In this document: piece after piece, positions 17,961 through 28,605 of the stretch
Layout of the letters: each line of letters starts with the position of its first letter
Position numbering within the stretch: the stretch's first letter is position 1
Origin: Clostridiales bacterium
GTDB lineage: Bacteria; Bacillota; Clostridia; Oscillospirales; Oscillospiraceae
DNA length: 29,647 nucleotides
NCBI GenBank assembly: GCA_012729875.1
Contig: JAAYCC010000016.1
Coordinates: forward strand, 1 to 29,647
Direction of reading: 5' to 3'
Program-made: the position numbers and the translations under genes
Notes under the pieces: generated by a model
Told to the model about the DNA's origin: nothing
The model's database searches: none
Seen by the model: the letters and a program-made list of their open reading frames with translations, nothing else

Positions 17961-18329
17961 ATGATACAACAGGAAACATTTCTTAAGGTGGCCGACAATA
18001 CGGGCGCCAAAGAAATCAAGTGCATCCGCGTACTAGGCGGAAGTAAGCGCAGATACGGCAACATCGGTGATGTTATAGTTGCATCCGTTCGCAAGACCGC
18101 CCCCGGCAGCTCCGTCAAAAAAGGCGAAGTCGTCAGGGCAGTCATCGTTCGCAGCGCTAAGGGCGTCCGCCGTGCGGACGGTACCTATGTCCGTTTCGAC
18201 GAGAACGCAGCTGTTCTTATCCGCGACGACAGAAACCCCCGCGGAACTCGTATCTTTGGACCGGTTGCCCGTGAGCTACGTGACAAGGACTTTATGAAGA
18301 TCCTGTCTCTGGCTCCCGAAGTTATATAG
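17961..18329 (+). CDS. rplN: 50S ribosomal protein L14 (uL14)
   Basis: [34 protein letters not shown]. Confidence 0.98.
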   Translation: MIQQETFLKVADNTGAKEIKCIRVLGGSKRRYGNIGDVIVASVRKTAPGSSVKKGEVVRAVIVRSAKGVRRADGTYVRFDENAAVLIRDDRNPRGTRIFGPVARELRDKDFMKILSLAPEVI

Positions 18330-18341
18330 GAGGGCAAACGA

Positions 18342-18650
18342 ATGAACATTAAAAAGAACGACACTGTTGTTGTCCTGTCTGGTAAGGACAAGGGCAAGAG
18401 AGGCAGGGTGCTGTCCGCCGACCCCAAGAACGGCAAGGTCGTTGTTGAGGGAATAAACATCGCGAAGTGTCATATAAAGCCCCGCAAGATGGGCGAAGAG
18501 GGCGGAATCATCAGGAAAGAGACCCCGATATATGCTTCCAAGGTGATGCGTATCTGCCCGAAGTGCGACAAGCCCACCCGCGAGGCCAATATGTTCCTCA
18601 AGGACGGTTCGAAGGTCAGAGTCTGCAAGAAGTGCGGCGAAACCATATAA
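18342..18650 (+). CDS. rplX: 50S ribosomal protein L24 (uL24)
   Basis: KOW motif [24 protein letters not shown]; carries CPKC/CKKC. Confidence 0.98.
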   Translation: MNIKKNDTVVVLSGKDKGKRGRVLSADPKNGKVVVEGINIAKCHIKPRKMGEEGGIIRKETPIYASKVMRICPKCDKPTREANMFLKDGSKVRVCKKCGETI

Positions 18651-18670
18651 GAAAGGAGAGACTTTTTAAA

Positions 18671-19213
18671 ATGCCAAGACTTAAAACAAAATATCTTGAG
18701 GAAGTCGCTCCCGCTCTTATGCAGAAGTTCCAGTACAAGAGCACTATGCAGATTCCCAAGATCGAAAAAATCGTAATAAGCGTCGGCGCCGGCGACTGCA
18801 AGGAAAATCAAAAGGCACTCGATGCCATAATCAAGGACATCTCCGCCATAGCGGGCCAGAAGGCCGTCGCCACCGTCGCACGCAAGAGCGTGGCTAACTT
18901 TAAGCTCCGCGAAGGTATGCGAATCGGCGTCAAAGTTACCCTCCGTCAGGACAAGATGTGGGAGTTTCTGGACAGACTGCTGAACGTGGCACTGCCCCGT
19001 GTCCGCGACTTCCGCGGTATCAACCCCGACGCTTTTGACGGCCGCGGAAACTACAGCCTCGGCCTCAAAGAGCAGATCATTTTCCCGGAAATCGACTACG
19101 ACAAGATCGAAAAGCTGCGTGGCATGAACATAGCTATCTGCACCACAGCCAAGACCGACGAAGAAGCAAGAGAGCTGCTCAGTCTCATGGGCGCACCCTT
19201 TGCAAGAGCTTAG
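18671..19213 (+). CDS. rplE: 50S ribosomal protein L5 (uL5)
   Basis: [36 protein letters not shown]; ATG 18671. Confidence 0.98.
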   Translation: MPRLKTKYLEEVAPALMQKFQYKSTMQIPKIEKIVISVGAGDCKENQKALDAIIKDISAIAGQKAVATVARKSVANFKLREGMRIGVKVTLRQDKMWEFLDRLLNVALPRVRDFRGINPDAFDGRGNYSLGLKEQIIFPEIDYDKIEKLRGMNIAICTTAKTDEEARELLSLMGAPFARA

Positions 19214-19224
19214 GAGGATAAACC

Positions 19225-19410
19225 ATGGCTAAGACATCTATGAAGATCAAGCAGGCCCGTCCCGCTAAGTACTCTACCCGCGCTTACAACCGCTGCAAGA
19301 TCTGCGGCCGTCCGCACGCATATCTGCGTGACTACGGCGTATGCCGCATTTGCTTCCGCGAGCTGGCGTATAAGGGTGAGATTCCCGGCGTTAGAAAAGC
19401 CAGCTGGTAA
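19225..19410 (+). CDS. rpsN: 30S ribosomal protein S14 type Z (zinc-binding)
   Basis: 61 aa, RCKICGRP and [15 protein letters not shown]. Confidence 0.98.
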   Translation: MAKTSMKIKQARPAKYSTRAYNRCKICGRPHAYLRDYGVCRICFRELAYKGEIPGVRKASW

Positions 19411-19584
19411 ATTTTCTTAGCGGTAAGAGCGGAGGATGCTCTCACCTGCAATGACAGATTTGCAGCGCGTTGCGCTTCAAATAAACAGAGGATGGCGAAA
19501 GGCCGGGTGCAATCATGCATTGGCTCGGAACCTCGCCGCCTGAACAGCTTATGCTGTGACTCTAAATAAGGAGGAAAACAATTT

Positions 19585-19983
19585 ATGCAGATTACCGATC
19601 CAATTGCGGATATGCTGACACGCATCCGTAACGCAGGAACTGCAAAGCACGAAACCGTTGACGTTCCCGCTTCAAACATGAAGAAGGCCATAGCCGGAAT
19701 CCTTTTGGATGAGGGCTACATCAAGAGCTATCAGCTCATTGAGGACGGCGGACAGGGCGTCATTCGCATTGTTCTTAAGTATCTGCCCGGCAAGGAAAAG
19801 GCTATTCAGGGTCTCCGCCGCGTATCCAAGCCCGGCCTCCGCGTTTATGCCGGAGCCGGTGAGCTCCCCTATGTCCTTAAGGGACTGGGCATAGCTATTA
19901 TCTCCACATCCAGGGGCGTCATGACCGACAAACAGGCTCGTAAGGAAAATGTCGGCGGCGAAGTCCTTGCGTTCGTGTGGTAA
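19585..19983 (+). CDS. rpsH: 30S ribosomal protein S8 (uS8)
   Basis: [44 protein letters not shown]. Confidence 0.98.
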   Translation: MQITDPIADMLTRIRNAGTAKHETVDVPASNMKKAIAGILLDEGYIKSYQLIEDGGQGVIRIVLKYLPGKEKAIQGLRRVSKPGLRVYAGAGELPYVLKGLGIAIISTSRGVMTDKQARKENVGGEVLAFVW

Positions 19984-19996
19984 GGAGGTAATAAAA

Positions 19997-20539
19997 ATGT
20001 CTAGAATAGGTAAAGCACCCATCACCATTCCCGCCGGAGTGGATGTGAGCATCGGTGAAAACAATCACGTCACCATAAAGGGACCTAAGGGTACTCTTGA
20101 GCGCAAATTCGCCCCTCAGCTCAGCATCGCTCTGAACGAAGGCGTTCTCACCGTTGCACGTCCTGATGACGAGAAGCAGAACCGTGCTCTCCACGGTCTG
20201 ACCCGCAGCCTGCTGAACGACATGGTCATTGGCGTTAACGAGGGCTTTAAGAAAGAACTGCAGGTACAGGGCGTTGGCTATAGAGTTGCCAAGGAAGGCA
20301 AAAAGCTAGTAATGAACATCGGCTTTTCCCACACAGTTGTTGTTGAGGATACGGACGATGTATCTACAGAATGCCCCAATGCCAATACGATCATTGTAAG
20401 TGGCATTGATAAGCAGAAGGTCGGCCAATTTGCGGCCGACGTCCGTAAGAAGAGACCCCCCGAGCCCTATAAGGGTAAGGGTATCCGCTATGCCAACGAA
20501 GTGGTTCGCCACAAAGAAGGCAAAACCGGCGCGAAATAA
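19997..20539 (+). CDS. rplF: 50S ribosomal protein L6 (uL6)
   Basis: MSRIGKAPI, GPKGTL, GVGYR, RPPEPYKGKGIRY; ATG 19997. Confidence 0.98.
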   Translation: MSRIGKAPITIPAGVDVSIGENNHVTIKGPKGTLERKFAPQLSIALNEGVLTVARPDDEKQNRALHGLTRSLLNDMVIGVNEGFKKELQVQGVGYRVAKEGKKLVMNIGFSHTVVVEDTDDVSTECPNANTIIVSGIDKQKVGQFAADVRKKRPPEPYKGKGIRYANEVVRHKEGKTGAK

Positions 20540-20554
20540 GAGGAGGTGTGCCAA

Positions 20555-20914
20555 ATGGTTAATAGACCCGATACAAGAGGTGCGCGCGTCAAGCGCCACA
20601 AGAGAGTCCGTGGAAAGATATCCGGCACGCCCGAAACTCCCAGACTGGACGTTTACAGAAGCAATGCCCATATCTATGCCCAGATCATTGACGACATTAA
20701 CGGCGTGACCCTTGTAGCCGCAGCATCCAACGAAAAGGACTTCGAGGGCTCCGGGAACAACTGCGAAGGTGCCGAAAAGGTCGGCAAGCTCATTGCCGAA
20801 CGCGCAAAGGCCAAGGGCATTGAGAACGTCGTATTCGACAGAGGCGGCTATATTTATCATGGTCGCGTCAAGGCATTGGCAGACGGAGCCCGCGAGGGCG
20901 GTCTGAACTTTTAG
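20555..20914 (+). CDS. rplR: 50S ribosomal protein L18 (uL18)
   Basis: [34 protein letters not shown]; ATG 20555. Confidence 0.98.
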   Translation: MVNRPDTRGARVKRHKRVRGKISGTPETPRLDVYRSNAHIYAQIIDDINGVTLVAAASNEKDFEGSGNNCEGAEKVGKLIAERAKAKGIENVVFDRGGYIYHGRVKALADGAREGGLNF

Positions 20915-20932
20915 TCGGGAGGAGGAAACAAT

Positions 20933-21457
20933 ATGGCTTATAATAACAAGAGAGACAACAGGCGCGCTGCAGAGCAGCAGTCCGAATTCACCGAAAAGGT
21001 CGTTTCCCTCAACCGCGTTTCCAAAACTGTCAAGGGCGGCCGCATCATGAAGTTCTCGGCGCTGTGTGTAGTTGGAGACGGCAAAGGCCGCGTGGGCGTT
21101 GGTCTCGGTAAGGCGGGCGAAGTGTCCGAGGCGATTCGTAAGGGACTTGAGGACGCCAAAAAGAACATCGTTACAGTGACCCTCACCGGCGGCACCATTC
21201 CGCATGAGGTAATCGGCGAGTTTGGAGCAGGCAAAGTTCTGCTGAAGCCCGCAGGACCCGGTACCGGAGTTATAGCCGGTGGCGCCGTTCGTGCGGTCGT
21301 CGAGGCTGCCGGAATCAAGGATATCCGTACAAAATGTTTGCGCTCCAATAACCCCCACAATGTCGTTGCTGCGACTATGGCGGGCTTGACTTCTCTGCGT
21401 GACGCCGAGAAAGTCGCTGCCGTCAGGGGCAAGACCGCGAAAGAAATCAGAGGATAG
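20933..21457 (+). CDS. rpsE: 30S ribosomal protein S5 (uS5)
   Basis: [30 protein letters not shown]. Confidence 0.98.
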   Translation: MAYNNKRDNRRAAEQQSEFTEKVVSLNRVSKTVKGGRIMKFSALCVVGDGKGRVGVGLGKAGEVSEAIRKGLEDAKKNIVTVTLTGGTIPHEVIGEFGAGKVLLKPAGPGTGVIAGGAVRAVVEAAGIKDIRTKCLRSNNPHNVVAATMAGLTSLRDAEKVAAVRGKTAKEIRG

Positions 21458-21469
21458 GAGGGGAAAGCA

Positions 21470-21649
21470 ATGGCAAATCTTAAGATCGAGCTGGTTAAGA
21501 GTTTGAACGGCAGACTGGATAAGCACATAGCCACTGCCTACTCTCTCGGACTGCATAAGATCGGCAACACCACGGTGCAGCCCGACAACCCCCAGACCAG
21601 AGGCAAGATTGCTCAGATAGGTTATCTCCTCAAGGTCACCGAAGAATAA
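21470..21649 (+). CDS. rpmD: 50S ribosomal protein L30 (uL30), 59 aa; absent from the ORF track
   Basis: Translated by hand: MANLKIELVKSLNGRLDKHIATAYSLGLHKIGNTTVQPDNPQTRGKIAQIGYLLKVTEE; RBS GGAGGG; canonical position between rpsE and rplO. Confidence 0.95.
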   Translation: MANLKIELVKSLNGRLDKHIATAYSLGLHKIGNTTVQPDNPQTRGKIAQIGYLLKVTEE

Positions 21650-21661
21650 GGAGGTGCAGGC

Positions 21662-22102
21662 ATGAAACTTAACGAGCTTTCTCCGGTTCCAGGCTCCACC
21701 CATACCCTTAAGCGCAAGGGCAGAGGCAATGGTTCCGGTAACGGCAAGACCGCAGGTCGCGGTCAGAAGGGGCAGAAGTCCAGAAGCGGCGGCGGCGTCA
21801 GAGTCGGCTTTGAGGGCGGCCAGATGCCTCTGGCGCGCCGAATCCCGAAGCGCGGATTCAACAACATTTTCGCCAAGCCTCTCACCGCCGTCAACGTATC
21901 GGCTTTCAACATGTTTGAGGACGGGGAGACCGTAAACGCCGCAAAGCTCCTCTCCACAGGCGTTTTATCCAAGTGCGAATATGGGCTCAAAATTCTGGGC
22001 AACGGCCAACTCACAAAAAAAGTAACTATTGAGGCAAACGCTTTCTCCGAAACTGCGAAGCAGAAAATCGAAGCCGCAGGCGGAAAGGCGGAGGTGGTAT
22101 AA
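21662..22102 (+). CDS. rplO: 50S ribosomal protein L15 (uL15)
   Basis: [36 protein letters not shown]. Confidence 0.98.
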   Translation: MKLNELSPVPGSTHTLKRKGRGNGSGNGKTAGRGQKGQKSRSGGGVRVGFEGGQMPLARRIPKRGFNNIFAKPLTAVNVSAFNMFEDGETVNAAKLLSTGVLSKCEYGLKILGNGQLTKKVTIEANAFSETAKQKIEAAGGKAEVV

Positions 22103-22103
22103 A

Positions 22104-23402
22104 GTGCTTCAGACGATCCGTAATGCATGGAAAGTAGAGGAGCTTCGAAAAAAGATACTTTTTACTCTTTTCGTCATACTTCTTTATAGACTCGGTAACG
22201 CGATTCCCGTACCGTATGTAAATATCGAGCGGTTGAGCACATACTTTAACCAGCTCGAAAATACCGTTCTTGGACTCCTTAACGTGATGTCCGGAAACGC
22301 ATTTTCCACTGCTACGATTTTTGCACTATCCATCCAGCCATATATCAACGCATCCATTATTATTCAGCTTCTGACCATCGCCATCCCCGCCCTTGAGCGT
22401 CTGCAAAAGGAAGGCGGCGAGGAGGGCAGAAAGAAAATTGCAAGTATAACCCGCTATTCCACTGTAGCGATAGCTCTGATCCAGGGCTTTGCATACTTTA
22501 TGCTAATCCGCAACCAGGGACTCCTGGTTTCCGGCACCGGCATCTGGGAAGCATTTGTCATCGTGCTCACCTTCACGGCGGGCTCCGCACTCATCATGTG
22601 GCTGGGAGAACAGATCACAGAGTTTGGTATCGGAAACGGAATCTCAATTATCCTGTTTGCGAGCATAGTATCCCGCTTCCCCAGCGCAATCATAAACATG
22701 GTGTCCAACGTCTCCGCGGGCAGCATGCACTGGTGGGGCATGGTTCTCCTGCTTTTGGGTGCACTCGCCATCATCGTTCTCATAGTCTATGTGACAAATG
22801 CCGAGCGCAGGATCCCGATCCAGTACTCAAAACGCGTGGTCGGCCGCAAGATGTATGGCGGTCAAAGTACACATCTTCCCATGAAGGTGAATATGTCCGG
22901 CGTTATGCCCATCATCTTTGCTCAGTCAATTGCGTCCCTGCCTGCAACCATATGCATGCTGTTCGGCGTGACGGATGAGAGCGGCGGATTTTGGGGAGGA
23001 TTTCTGAGAGTCTTTAACTCCACCAGCGCCCTTTACGCAGTTTTCTACTTTCTGCTTATCATCTTCTTTGCATACTTCTACTCCACCATCCAGTTTAATC
23101 CGGTGGAGATTGCGAACAACCTGAAGAAGAACGGCGGATTCATTCCGGGCTTCCGTCCGGGCAAGCCCACCAGCGACTATATACAGAAATCACTCAACAA
23201 GATTACCCTGTTTGGCGCAATTTACCTTGGCATTATTGCTGTCGTGCCAATTATTATAAGCATGATCAGCAAAACGGCAGCCAACACCGGTATTTCCCTT
23301 GGCGGCACATCTATAATAATCGTTGTCGGTGTTGCACTTGAGACTGTCCAGGCTCTTGAGGCCCAGATGATCATGCGCAACTACAAGGGATTTCTTGAAT
23401 AA
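22104..23402 (+). CDS. secY: Preprotein translocase subunit SecY
   Basis: SIFALSIQPYINASII-like, WLGEQITEFGIGNGISII, KKNGGFIPGFRPG, GGTSIIIVVGV; GTG start at 22104 after GGAGGT. Confidence 0.97.
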   Translation: MLQTIRNAWKVEELRKKILFTLFVILLYRLGNAIPVPYVNIERLSTYFNQLENTVLGLLNVMSGNAFSTATIFALSIQPYINASIIIQLLTIAIPALERLQKEGGEEGRKKIASITRYSTVAIALIQGFAYFMLIRNQGLLVSGTGIWEAFVIVLTFTAGSALIMWLGEQITEFGIGNGISIILFASIVSRFPSAIINMVSNVSAGSMHWWGMVLLLLGALAIIVLIVYVTNAERRIPIQYSKRVVGRKMYGGQSTHLPMKVNMSGVMPIIFAQSIASLPATICMLFGVTDESGGFWGGFLRVFNSTSALYAVFYFLLIIFFAYFYSTIQFNPVEIANNLKKNGGFIPGFRPGKPTSDYIQKSLNKITLFGAIYLGIIAVVPIIISMISKTAANTGISLGGTSIIIVVGVALETVQALEAQMIMRNYKGFLE

Positions 23403-23421
23403 TATTTTGGAGGGGAAAAGT

Positions 23422-24054
23422 ATGAAGCTTATACTTTTAGGAGCGCCGGGTGCCGGCAAGGGTACTCAGGCTGAGATACTCAGCCGTATGCTGAATATCC
23501 CCACCATATCCACGGGCAACATCCTCCGCGCTGCAATGAAGAACGGTACCCCCGTAGGTCTCAAGGCAAAGGAGTATGTTGAAAGCGGAAAACTCGTTCC
23601 CGACGATGTCATAATAGGCATCGTCAGGGAACGACTGTCGGAAGATGACTGCAAAAACGGCTACATTTTGGACGGAATGCCCAGAACCATCCCTCAGGCG
23701 GAGGCGCTTGAGAAGGTCGGCATCGACATTGACACAGCGCTCTCCATCGAGATCTCCGACGAGACCATCATCGAGCGCATGGCCGGCCGCCGCACCTGCA
23801 AGGACTGCAGCACCACCTTCCATATAGTTTCCAATCCTCCCAAAGTCGAGGGGAAGTGCGACAACTGCGGTGGCGAACTTGTTATACGCAAGGACGATTC
23901 ACCCGAGACCGTTAAGGCCAGACTTGCCACTTATCACACCGAGACAGAACCGCTTAAAGATTTCTACTCAAAGCGGGGAAAGCTGAAAACGGTTGACAAC
24001 CAGGCCACTGTCGAGCAGACAACGGCCGAAGTCAAGAAGGCTCTGGGTCTATGA
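23422..24054 (+). CDS. adk: Adenylate kinase with zinc-binding LID
   Basis: GAPGAGKGTQ, ISTGNILR, GYILDGMPRT, LID CKDC...CDNC, RKDD; ATG 23422. Confidence 0.98.
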   Translation: MKLILLGAPGAGKGTQAEILSRMLNIPTISTGNILRAAMKNGTPVGLKAKEYVESGKLVPDDVIIGIVRERLSEDDCKNGYILDGMPRTIPQAEALEKVGIDIDTALSIEISDETIIERMAGRRTCKDCSTTFHIVSNPPKVEGKCDNCGGELVIRKDDSPETVKARLATYHTETEPLKDFYSKRGKLKTVDNQATVEQTTAEVKKALGL

Positions 24055-24812
24055 GCATGATCACCGTAAAGACCCCACGGGAAATAGAGCTTATGCGCGT
24101 TGCGGGGAGGATTACCGCGGCAGCCCGCTCTGTCGGGCGGGAGATGGTTTCCCCAGGCGTTACAACCCACGAAATAGACAGAGAAATTCATAAGTTCATC
24201 AAAAAGTCAGGCGCCGTGCCGTCCTTTCTAGGCTATGGCGGATTTCCCGGAAGCGCCTGTATTTCGGTGAATGAAGAGGTCATTCACGGTATTCCCGGAC
24301 CGCGCACAGTCAATGAGGGCGACATAGTCAGCATAGACGTCGGCGCGTACATCGGCGGATACCACGGTGACTGCTGCGGCACCTTCGGTGCAGGAGAGAT
24401 CTCCGAGGAGGACATAAAGCTCATCGAGGTTACGAGACAGAGCTTCTTCGAGGGAATCAAGTATGCAAAGGTGGGCTGCCGCATCTCCGATATCTCGCAT
24501 GCAATCCAGGAATATGTGGAGAGCTTCGGCTACTCCCTCGTTCGTGAATATGTGGGCCACGGTATCGGCAGAAATCTCCACGAAGCTCCCGAAGTCCCTA
24601 ACTACGGCGACCCGGGGCACGGACCGCGCCTTGTCAAGGGCATGACTATCGCCATTGAGCCTATGGTCATCATGGGTAAACGCGATGTTCTTGTTTTGGA
24701 CAACGATTGGACAGTAGTCACAGTCGATGGCAGTAAAGCGGCTCACTATGAGAACACCGTCCTTATTACAGACGGTGAGCCGGAGATACTGACCATGGCG
24801 GAGGATTTGTAA
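24051..24812 (+). CDS. map: Methionine aminopeptidase type I
   Basis: CISVNEEVIHGIP, SIDVG...HGD, GHGIG, AIEPM, AAHYENT; ATGA overlap with adk. Confidence 0.97.
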   Translation: MSMITVKTPREIELMRVAGRITAAARSVGREMVSPGVTTHEIDREIHKFIKKSGAVPSFLGYGGFPGSACISVNEEVIHGIPGPRTVNEGDIVSIDVGAYIGGYHGDCCGTFGAGEISEEDIKLIEVTRQSFFEGIKYAKVGCRISDISHAIQEYVESFGYSLVREYVGHGIGRNLHEAPEVPNYGDPGHGPRLVKGMTIAIEPMVIMGKRDVLVLDNDWTVVTVDGSKAAHYENTVLITDGEPEILTMAEDL

Positions 24813-25085
24813 ATGGGGGCCGCAAGGTTGCCCGACATCGTTTTCTCCACTGCCGGTCACGACAGGGGAACAGTGTATCTGCTTCTTGAAAGTGACGGCA
24901 GAACCGCCGTTTTAGTAGACGGCAGGACGAGAAAGCTCACAAACCCCAAAAGAAAAAACTTGAAACACATCAGTAAAATTCGATTGGGTACCCCTGAAAC
25001 AATTGCCGAGGCTATTACCAAAGGCAGCCTGACAGACAGTCAGATCAGAAAAGAGCTCGCGAAAATCGCGACGACGTCGGAATGA
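24813..25085 (+). CDS. KOW-domain RNA-binding protein (L14e-like)
   Basis: [10 protein letters not shown]...[19 protein letters not shown] matches the KOW/L14e-like gene that lies between map and infA in many Clostridia. Confidence 0.8.
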   Translation: MGAARLPDIVFSTAGHDRGTVYLLLESDGRTAVLVDGRTRKLTNPKRKNLKHISKIRLGTPETIAEAITKGSLTDSQIRKELAKIATTSE

Positions 25086-25104
25086 CTTAGGAGGGAAATT
25101 CAGC

Positions 25105-25450
<346 letters not shown>

Positions 25451-25564
25451 GCAGGTTGCCCATATTAACCTGTTACGCAAATAATTTTTGCGTATTTCTG
25501 TAAGCACAAACACTTTGCGGCCGGAAGGACCCGCCGCATCATGCGAAAGGAATGATTAAAAAGT

Positions 25565-25933
25565 ATGGCACGTATTGCCGGAGTTGACCTGCCGAAGGAC
25601 AAGAGAATCGAAATTGGTCTCACCTACGTTTACGGCATTGGCAGAACCAGCGCAAACAAGATACTCGAGCAGACCGGAATCGACCCCAATACCCGCGTCA
25701 AAGACCTGACAGAGGAAGACGAGGCCAAGCTGCGTGAGTGCATCGACAACAACTACACCGTTGAGGGCGATCTTCGCCGCAGGACTGCGCTTGATATCAA
25801 GCGTCTGACCGAGATCGGCAGCTACCGTGGTCTGCGCCACAGAAGGGGACTCCCTGTCCGCGGTCAGAGGAGCAAAACCAACGCTCGCACCCGCAAGGGC
25901 CCGAAGCGCACTATTGCCAACAAGAAGAAGTAA
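25565..25933 (+). CDS. rpsM: 30S ribosomal protein S13 (uS13)
   Basis: [31 protein letters not shown]. Confidence 0.98.
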   Translation: MARIAGVDLPKDKRIEIGLTYVYGIGRTSANKILEQTGIDPNTRVKDLTEEDEAKLRECIDNNYTVEGDLRRRTALDIKRLTEIGSYRGLRHRRGLPVRGQRSKTNARTRKGPKRTIANKKK

Positions 25934-25949
25934 GGGAGGGAACGAATAA

Positions 25950-26345
25950 ATGGCAGCACCCAAGAAAAAGGTTAGAACACGCCGCAGAGAGCGTAAGAAC
26001 ATTGAAAAGGGAGTCGTTCATATCAGTTCCTCCTTTAACAATACTATGGTCACCGTCACCGATATGGCAGGCAACGCCATATCATGGGCTTCTGCGGGCG
26101 GAATGGGCTTCCGCGGAAGCAAAAAGTCCACTCCTTTTGCGGCTCAGACAGCAGCTGAGACCGCTTCAAAGGCGGCTATGGAGCATGGGCTTAAAACTGT
26201 TGAGGTTTATGTCAAGGGCCCCGGCTCGGGACGTGAAGCAGCCATACGCGCACTTCAGACGGCAGGACTTGAGGTTACCCTCATAAAGGATGTAACCCCA
26301 ATTCCTCACAATGGCTGCCGTCCGCCGAAGCGCCGCCGCGTTTAA
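25950..26345 (+). CDS. rpsK: 30S ribosomal protein S11 (uS11)
   Basis: [40 protein letters not shown]. Confidence 0.98.
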   Translation: MAAPKKKVRTRRRERKNIEKGVVHISSSFNNTMVTVTDMAGNAISWASAGGMGFRGSKKSTPFAAQTAAETASKAAMEHGLKTVEVYVKGPGSGREAAIRALQTAGLEVTLIKDVTPIPHNGCRPPKRRRV

Positions 26346-26366
26346 TTAAGGGAGGAGAAAGTAATT

Positions 26367-26978
26367 ATGGCAAAGAATATGCAACCAATAGTCAAGCGTT
26401 GTAAGCAGCTTGACATTTCTCCTGCCGTCATGGGTTATACCTCCAAGACCAAGAGCAGTACGATACGCAACCCAAAGGCACAGATGCGCAGGAAGCAGAG
26501 CGAGTATTCGACTCAGCTCAAAGAAAAGCAGAAGGTCAAGTTTATATACGGCATTCTTGAAAAGCAGTTCCGTTTATACTACGATAAAGCGGCAGCGGCA
26601 CCCGGAATCACCGGTGAAGTTCTGCTGACTACCATTGAACGCCGCCTGGACAACGTCGTGTTCCGTCTCGGTTTTGCGATGACCCGCCGCGAGGCCCGCC
26701 AGGCAGTCAACCACGGTCACTTTACCGTTAACGGCAAGCGTGTAGATATTCCCTCTTACCTCGTATCTCCCGGCGACGTTATCGAGGTCTGCGAGAGGAG
26801 CCGCAACTCGGCCATGTTCAAGAGACTGCTCGGCGAGGACGCAGCTATTGTCGTTCCTCCCCAGTGGCTTGAGCGCGACAAGAATTCTCTGGTCGGCAAG
26901 GTAGTGAAAATGCCTGTCAGAGAAGACATTGACTTCCCCGTAGAGGAGCATCTGATTGTCGAGTTGTACTCTAAATAA
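26367..26978 (+). CDS. rpsD: 30S ribosomal protein S4 (uS4), zinc-free type
   Basis: SEYSTQLKEKQK, ERRLDNVVFRLGFA, QAVNHGHF.VNG..VDIPSY, IVELYSK. Confidence 0.98.
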   Translation: MAKNMQPIVKRCKQLDISPAVMGYTSKTKSSTIRNPKAQMRRKQSEYSTQLKEKQKVKFIYGILEKQFRLYYDKAAAAPGITGEVLLTTIERRLDNVVFRLGFAMTRREARQAVNHGHFTVNGKRVDIPSYLVSPGDVIEVCERSRNSAMFKRLLGEDAAIVVPPQWLERDKNSLVGKVVKMPVREDIDFPVEEHLIVELYSK

Positions 26979-27056
26979 AAGGGAGACCCTCAAAATTGGT
27001 AAGCTGATCAAAAAAGGCGCGTTTTCGCGCCAACTCAGAAGGAGGGTATATTTATC

Positions 27057-28007
27057 ATGATTGAGATAGAAAAGCCGCGCATTGAGTGTATTGAATCGCC
27101 TGCGGACGAGTCCTATGGCAAGTTTATAGTTGAGCCTTTGGAGCGCGGTTACGGTACGACCTTGGGTAACTCTCTCCGCAGAGTGCTGCTCTCCTCTCTA
27201 CCCGGGATAGCGGTCACTTCAATCAGAATTGCCGGCATCCAGCACGAGTTTTCTACAATTCCCGGTGTTAAAGAGGACGTCACAGAAATAGTCCTCAATG
27301 TAAAGGGAATCATCATGAAGCTCCACTGTGACGGTCCCAAGACCGTTTACATCGAAGCCAGCGGCGAAGGAGAAGTTACCGCCGGTGATATCAAGGCAGA
27401 CGCTGATGTCGAGGTGTTAAACCCCGACCTGCACATTGCGACCCTTGATACCGACGGCAGTTTGAGTATGGAATTGGTCGTGGATCACGGCCGCGGATAT
27501 GTTGTTGCAGAAAAGAATAAGGGCGCACAGCAGATTATCGGAACTATTCCGGTAGACTCCGTATACTCGCCCGTGCTCAAGGTCAATTATGCAGTTGAAA
27601 ATACCCGTGTTGGCAACAGAACGGACTATGACAAGCTGACGATCGAAGTCTGGACGGACAAGACCATCAGCCCGCGTGACGCCGTTTCTCTGGGCGCAAA
27701 GATACTCTGTGACCACTTCCAGCTGTTCACTGACCTGTCAGAGACGATCAGCAATGAGTCCACAGTCAAGGAGAAAGTCGAGACTCAGCGCGACAAGGTC
27801 CTTGAGATGACCATTGAAGAGCTGGATCTTTCCGTCCGCAGCTTCAACTGCCTGAAGCGTGCCAACATCAATACCGTTGAGGATCTTATCGGCAAGACGC
27901 AGGACGAAATGATCAAGGTTCGCAACCTCGGTCGGAAGTCTCTGGAAGAAGTCGAGCATAAGCTCGCAATGATGGGATTGGCGCTTGCCAGCAACGACAA
28001 CAACTGA
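27057..28007 (+). CDS. rpoA: DNA-directed RNA polymerase alpha subunit
   Basis: [57 protein letters not shown]. Confidence 0.98.
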   Translation: MIEIEKPRIECIESPADESYGKFIVEPLERGYGTTLGNSLRRVLLSSLPGIAVTSIRIAGIQHEFSTIPGVKEDVTEIVLNVKGIIMKLHCDGPKTVYIEASGEGEVTAGDIKADADVEVLNPDLHIATLDTDGSLSMELVVDHGRGYVVAEKNKGAQQIIGTIPVDSVYSPVLKVNYAVENTRVGNRTDYDKLTIEVWTDKTISPRDAVSLGAKILCDHFQLFTDLSETISNESTVKEKVETQRDKVLEMTIEELDLSVRSFNCLKRANINTVEDLIGKTQDEMIKVRNLGRKSLEEVEHKLAMMGLALASNDNN

Positions 28008-28054
28008 CTCGACAAATAAAAACCTTTTATACTCTAACAAGGAGGAAAACCGGA

Positions 28055-28396
28055 ATGCCTACCAACAGGAAGCTCGGCAAGACCACCGATGCGCGCATGG
28101 CTATGCTCAGACAGCAGGTTACGGATCTTCTGGACAACGGCCGTATGGAGACAACCATTACCCGCGCAAAGGAAATTGGGCCTTTGACCGAGAAGATGAT
28201 AACTCTCGGAAAGAACAATTCTTTGGCAAACTACCGCAGTGCGCTCTCTTTCATTACAAGAGAGGATGTTACAAAGAAGCTGTTTGACGAAATTGCGCCC
28301 AAATATGCCGACCGTAACGGCGGTTACACCCGCATCTATCGCGTTGGACCACGCCGCGGGGACGCAGCTGAGATGGCTATCATCGAGCTTGTGTAA
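28055..28396 (+). CDS. rplQ: 50S ribosomal protein L17 (bL17)
   Basis: [42 protein letters not shown]. Confidence 0.98.
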   Translation: MPTNRKLGKTTDARMAMLRQQVTDLLDNGRMETTITRAKEIGPLTEKMITLGKNNSLANYRSALSFITREDVTKKLFDEIAPKYADRNGGYTRIYRVGPRRGDAAEMAIIELV

Positions 28397-28403
28397 TATC
28401 TAT

Positions 28404-28439
28404 AATCCGGCTATGGAAAACCATAGCCGGATTTTTGTT
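28404..28439 (+). terminator. Intrinsic terminator of the ribosomal supercluster
   Basis: Perfect 13-bp stem AATCCGGCTATGG / CCATAGCCGGATT with AAAA loop, then TTTGTT. Confidence 0.9.
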
Positions 28440-28544
28440 GCGGATTTTGTGATAATAATGGTTACTATGGGTATCTGAGCCATATTCAGAGCTTATGCCA
28501 TAAAAACCTCAGCTGTTTCACACTGTGGGTCATGAACCGGCGTA

Positions 28545-28573
28545 TTGTCACAGAACCCGATCGGTAATACAAT
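28545..28573 (+). promoter_or_regulatory. SigmaA promoter of the nitroreductase gene
   Basis: TTGTCA (28545-50), 17 bp, TACAAT (28568-73); RBS GAAAGGAG follows. Confidence 0.65.
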
Positions 28574-28605
28574 CTGACAAATAGGTTTGAAAGGAGACAT
28601 CTGCA

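Noticed and set aside
20306-21703. 465-aa antisense ORF spanning rplF-rplR-rpsE-rpmD-rplO
   Set aside because: All five sense genes start in the same frame (position mod 3 = 2) and the ORF is codon-aligned to them. Antisense stops need TTA/CTA/TCA, which are rare in highly expressed genes. No recognisable domain; a shadow ORF.
27016-27031. GGCGCG-TTTT-CGCGCC hairpin between rpsD and rpoA
   Set aside because: Short stem with no following U-tract; at most a minor mRNA stabiliser.
28440-28544. Possible riboswitch upstream of the nitroreductase gene (CTGAG/CTCAG stems)
   Set aside because: No TPP, FMN or other core motif found, and it lies upstream of the predicted promoter, so it is probably not in the transcript.
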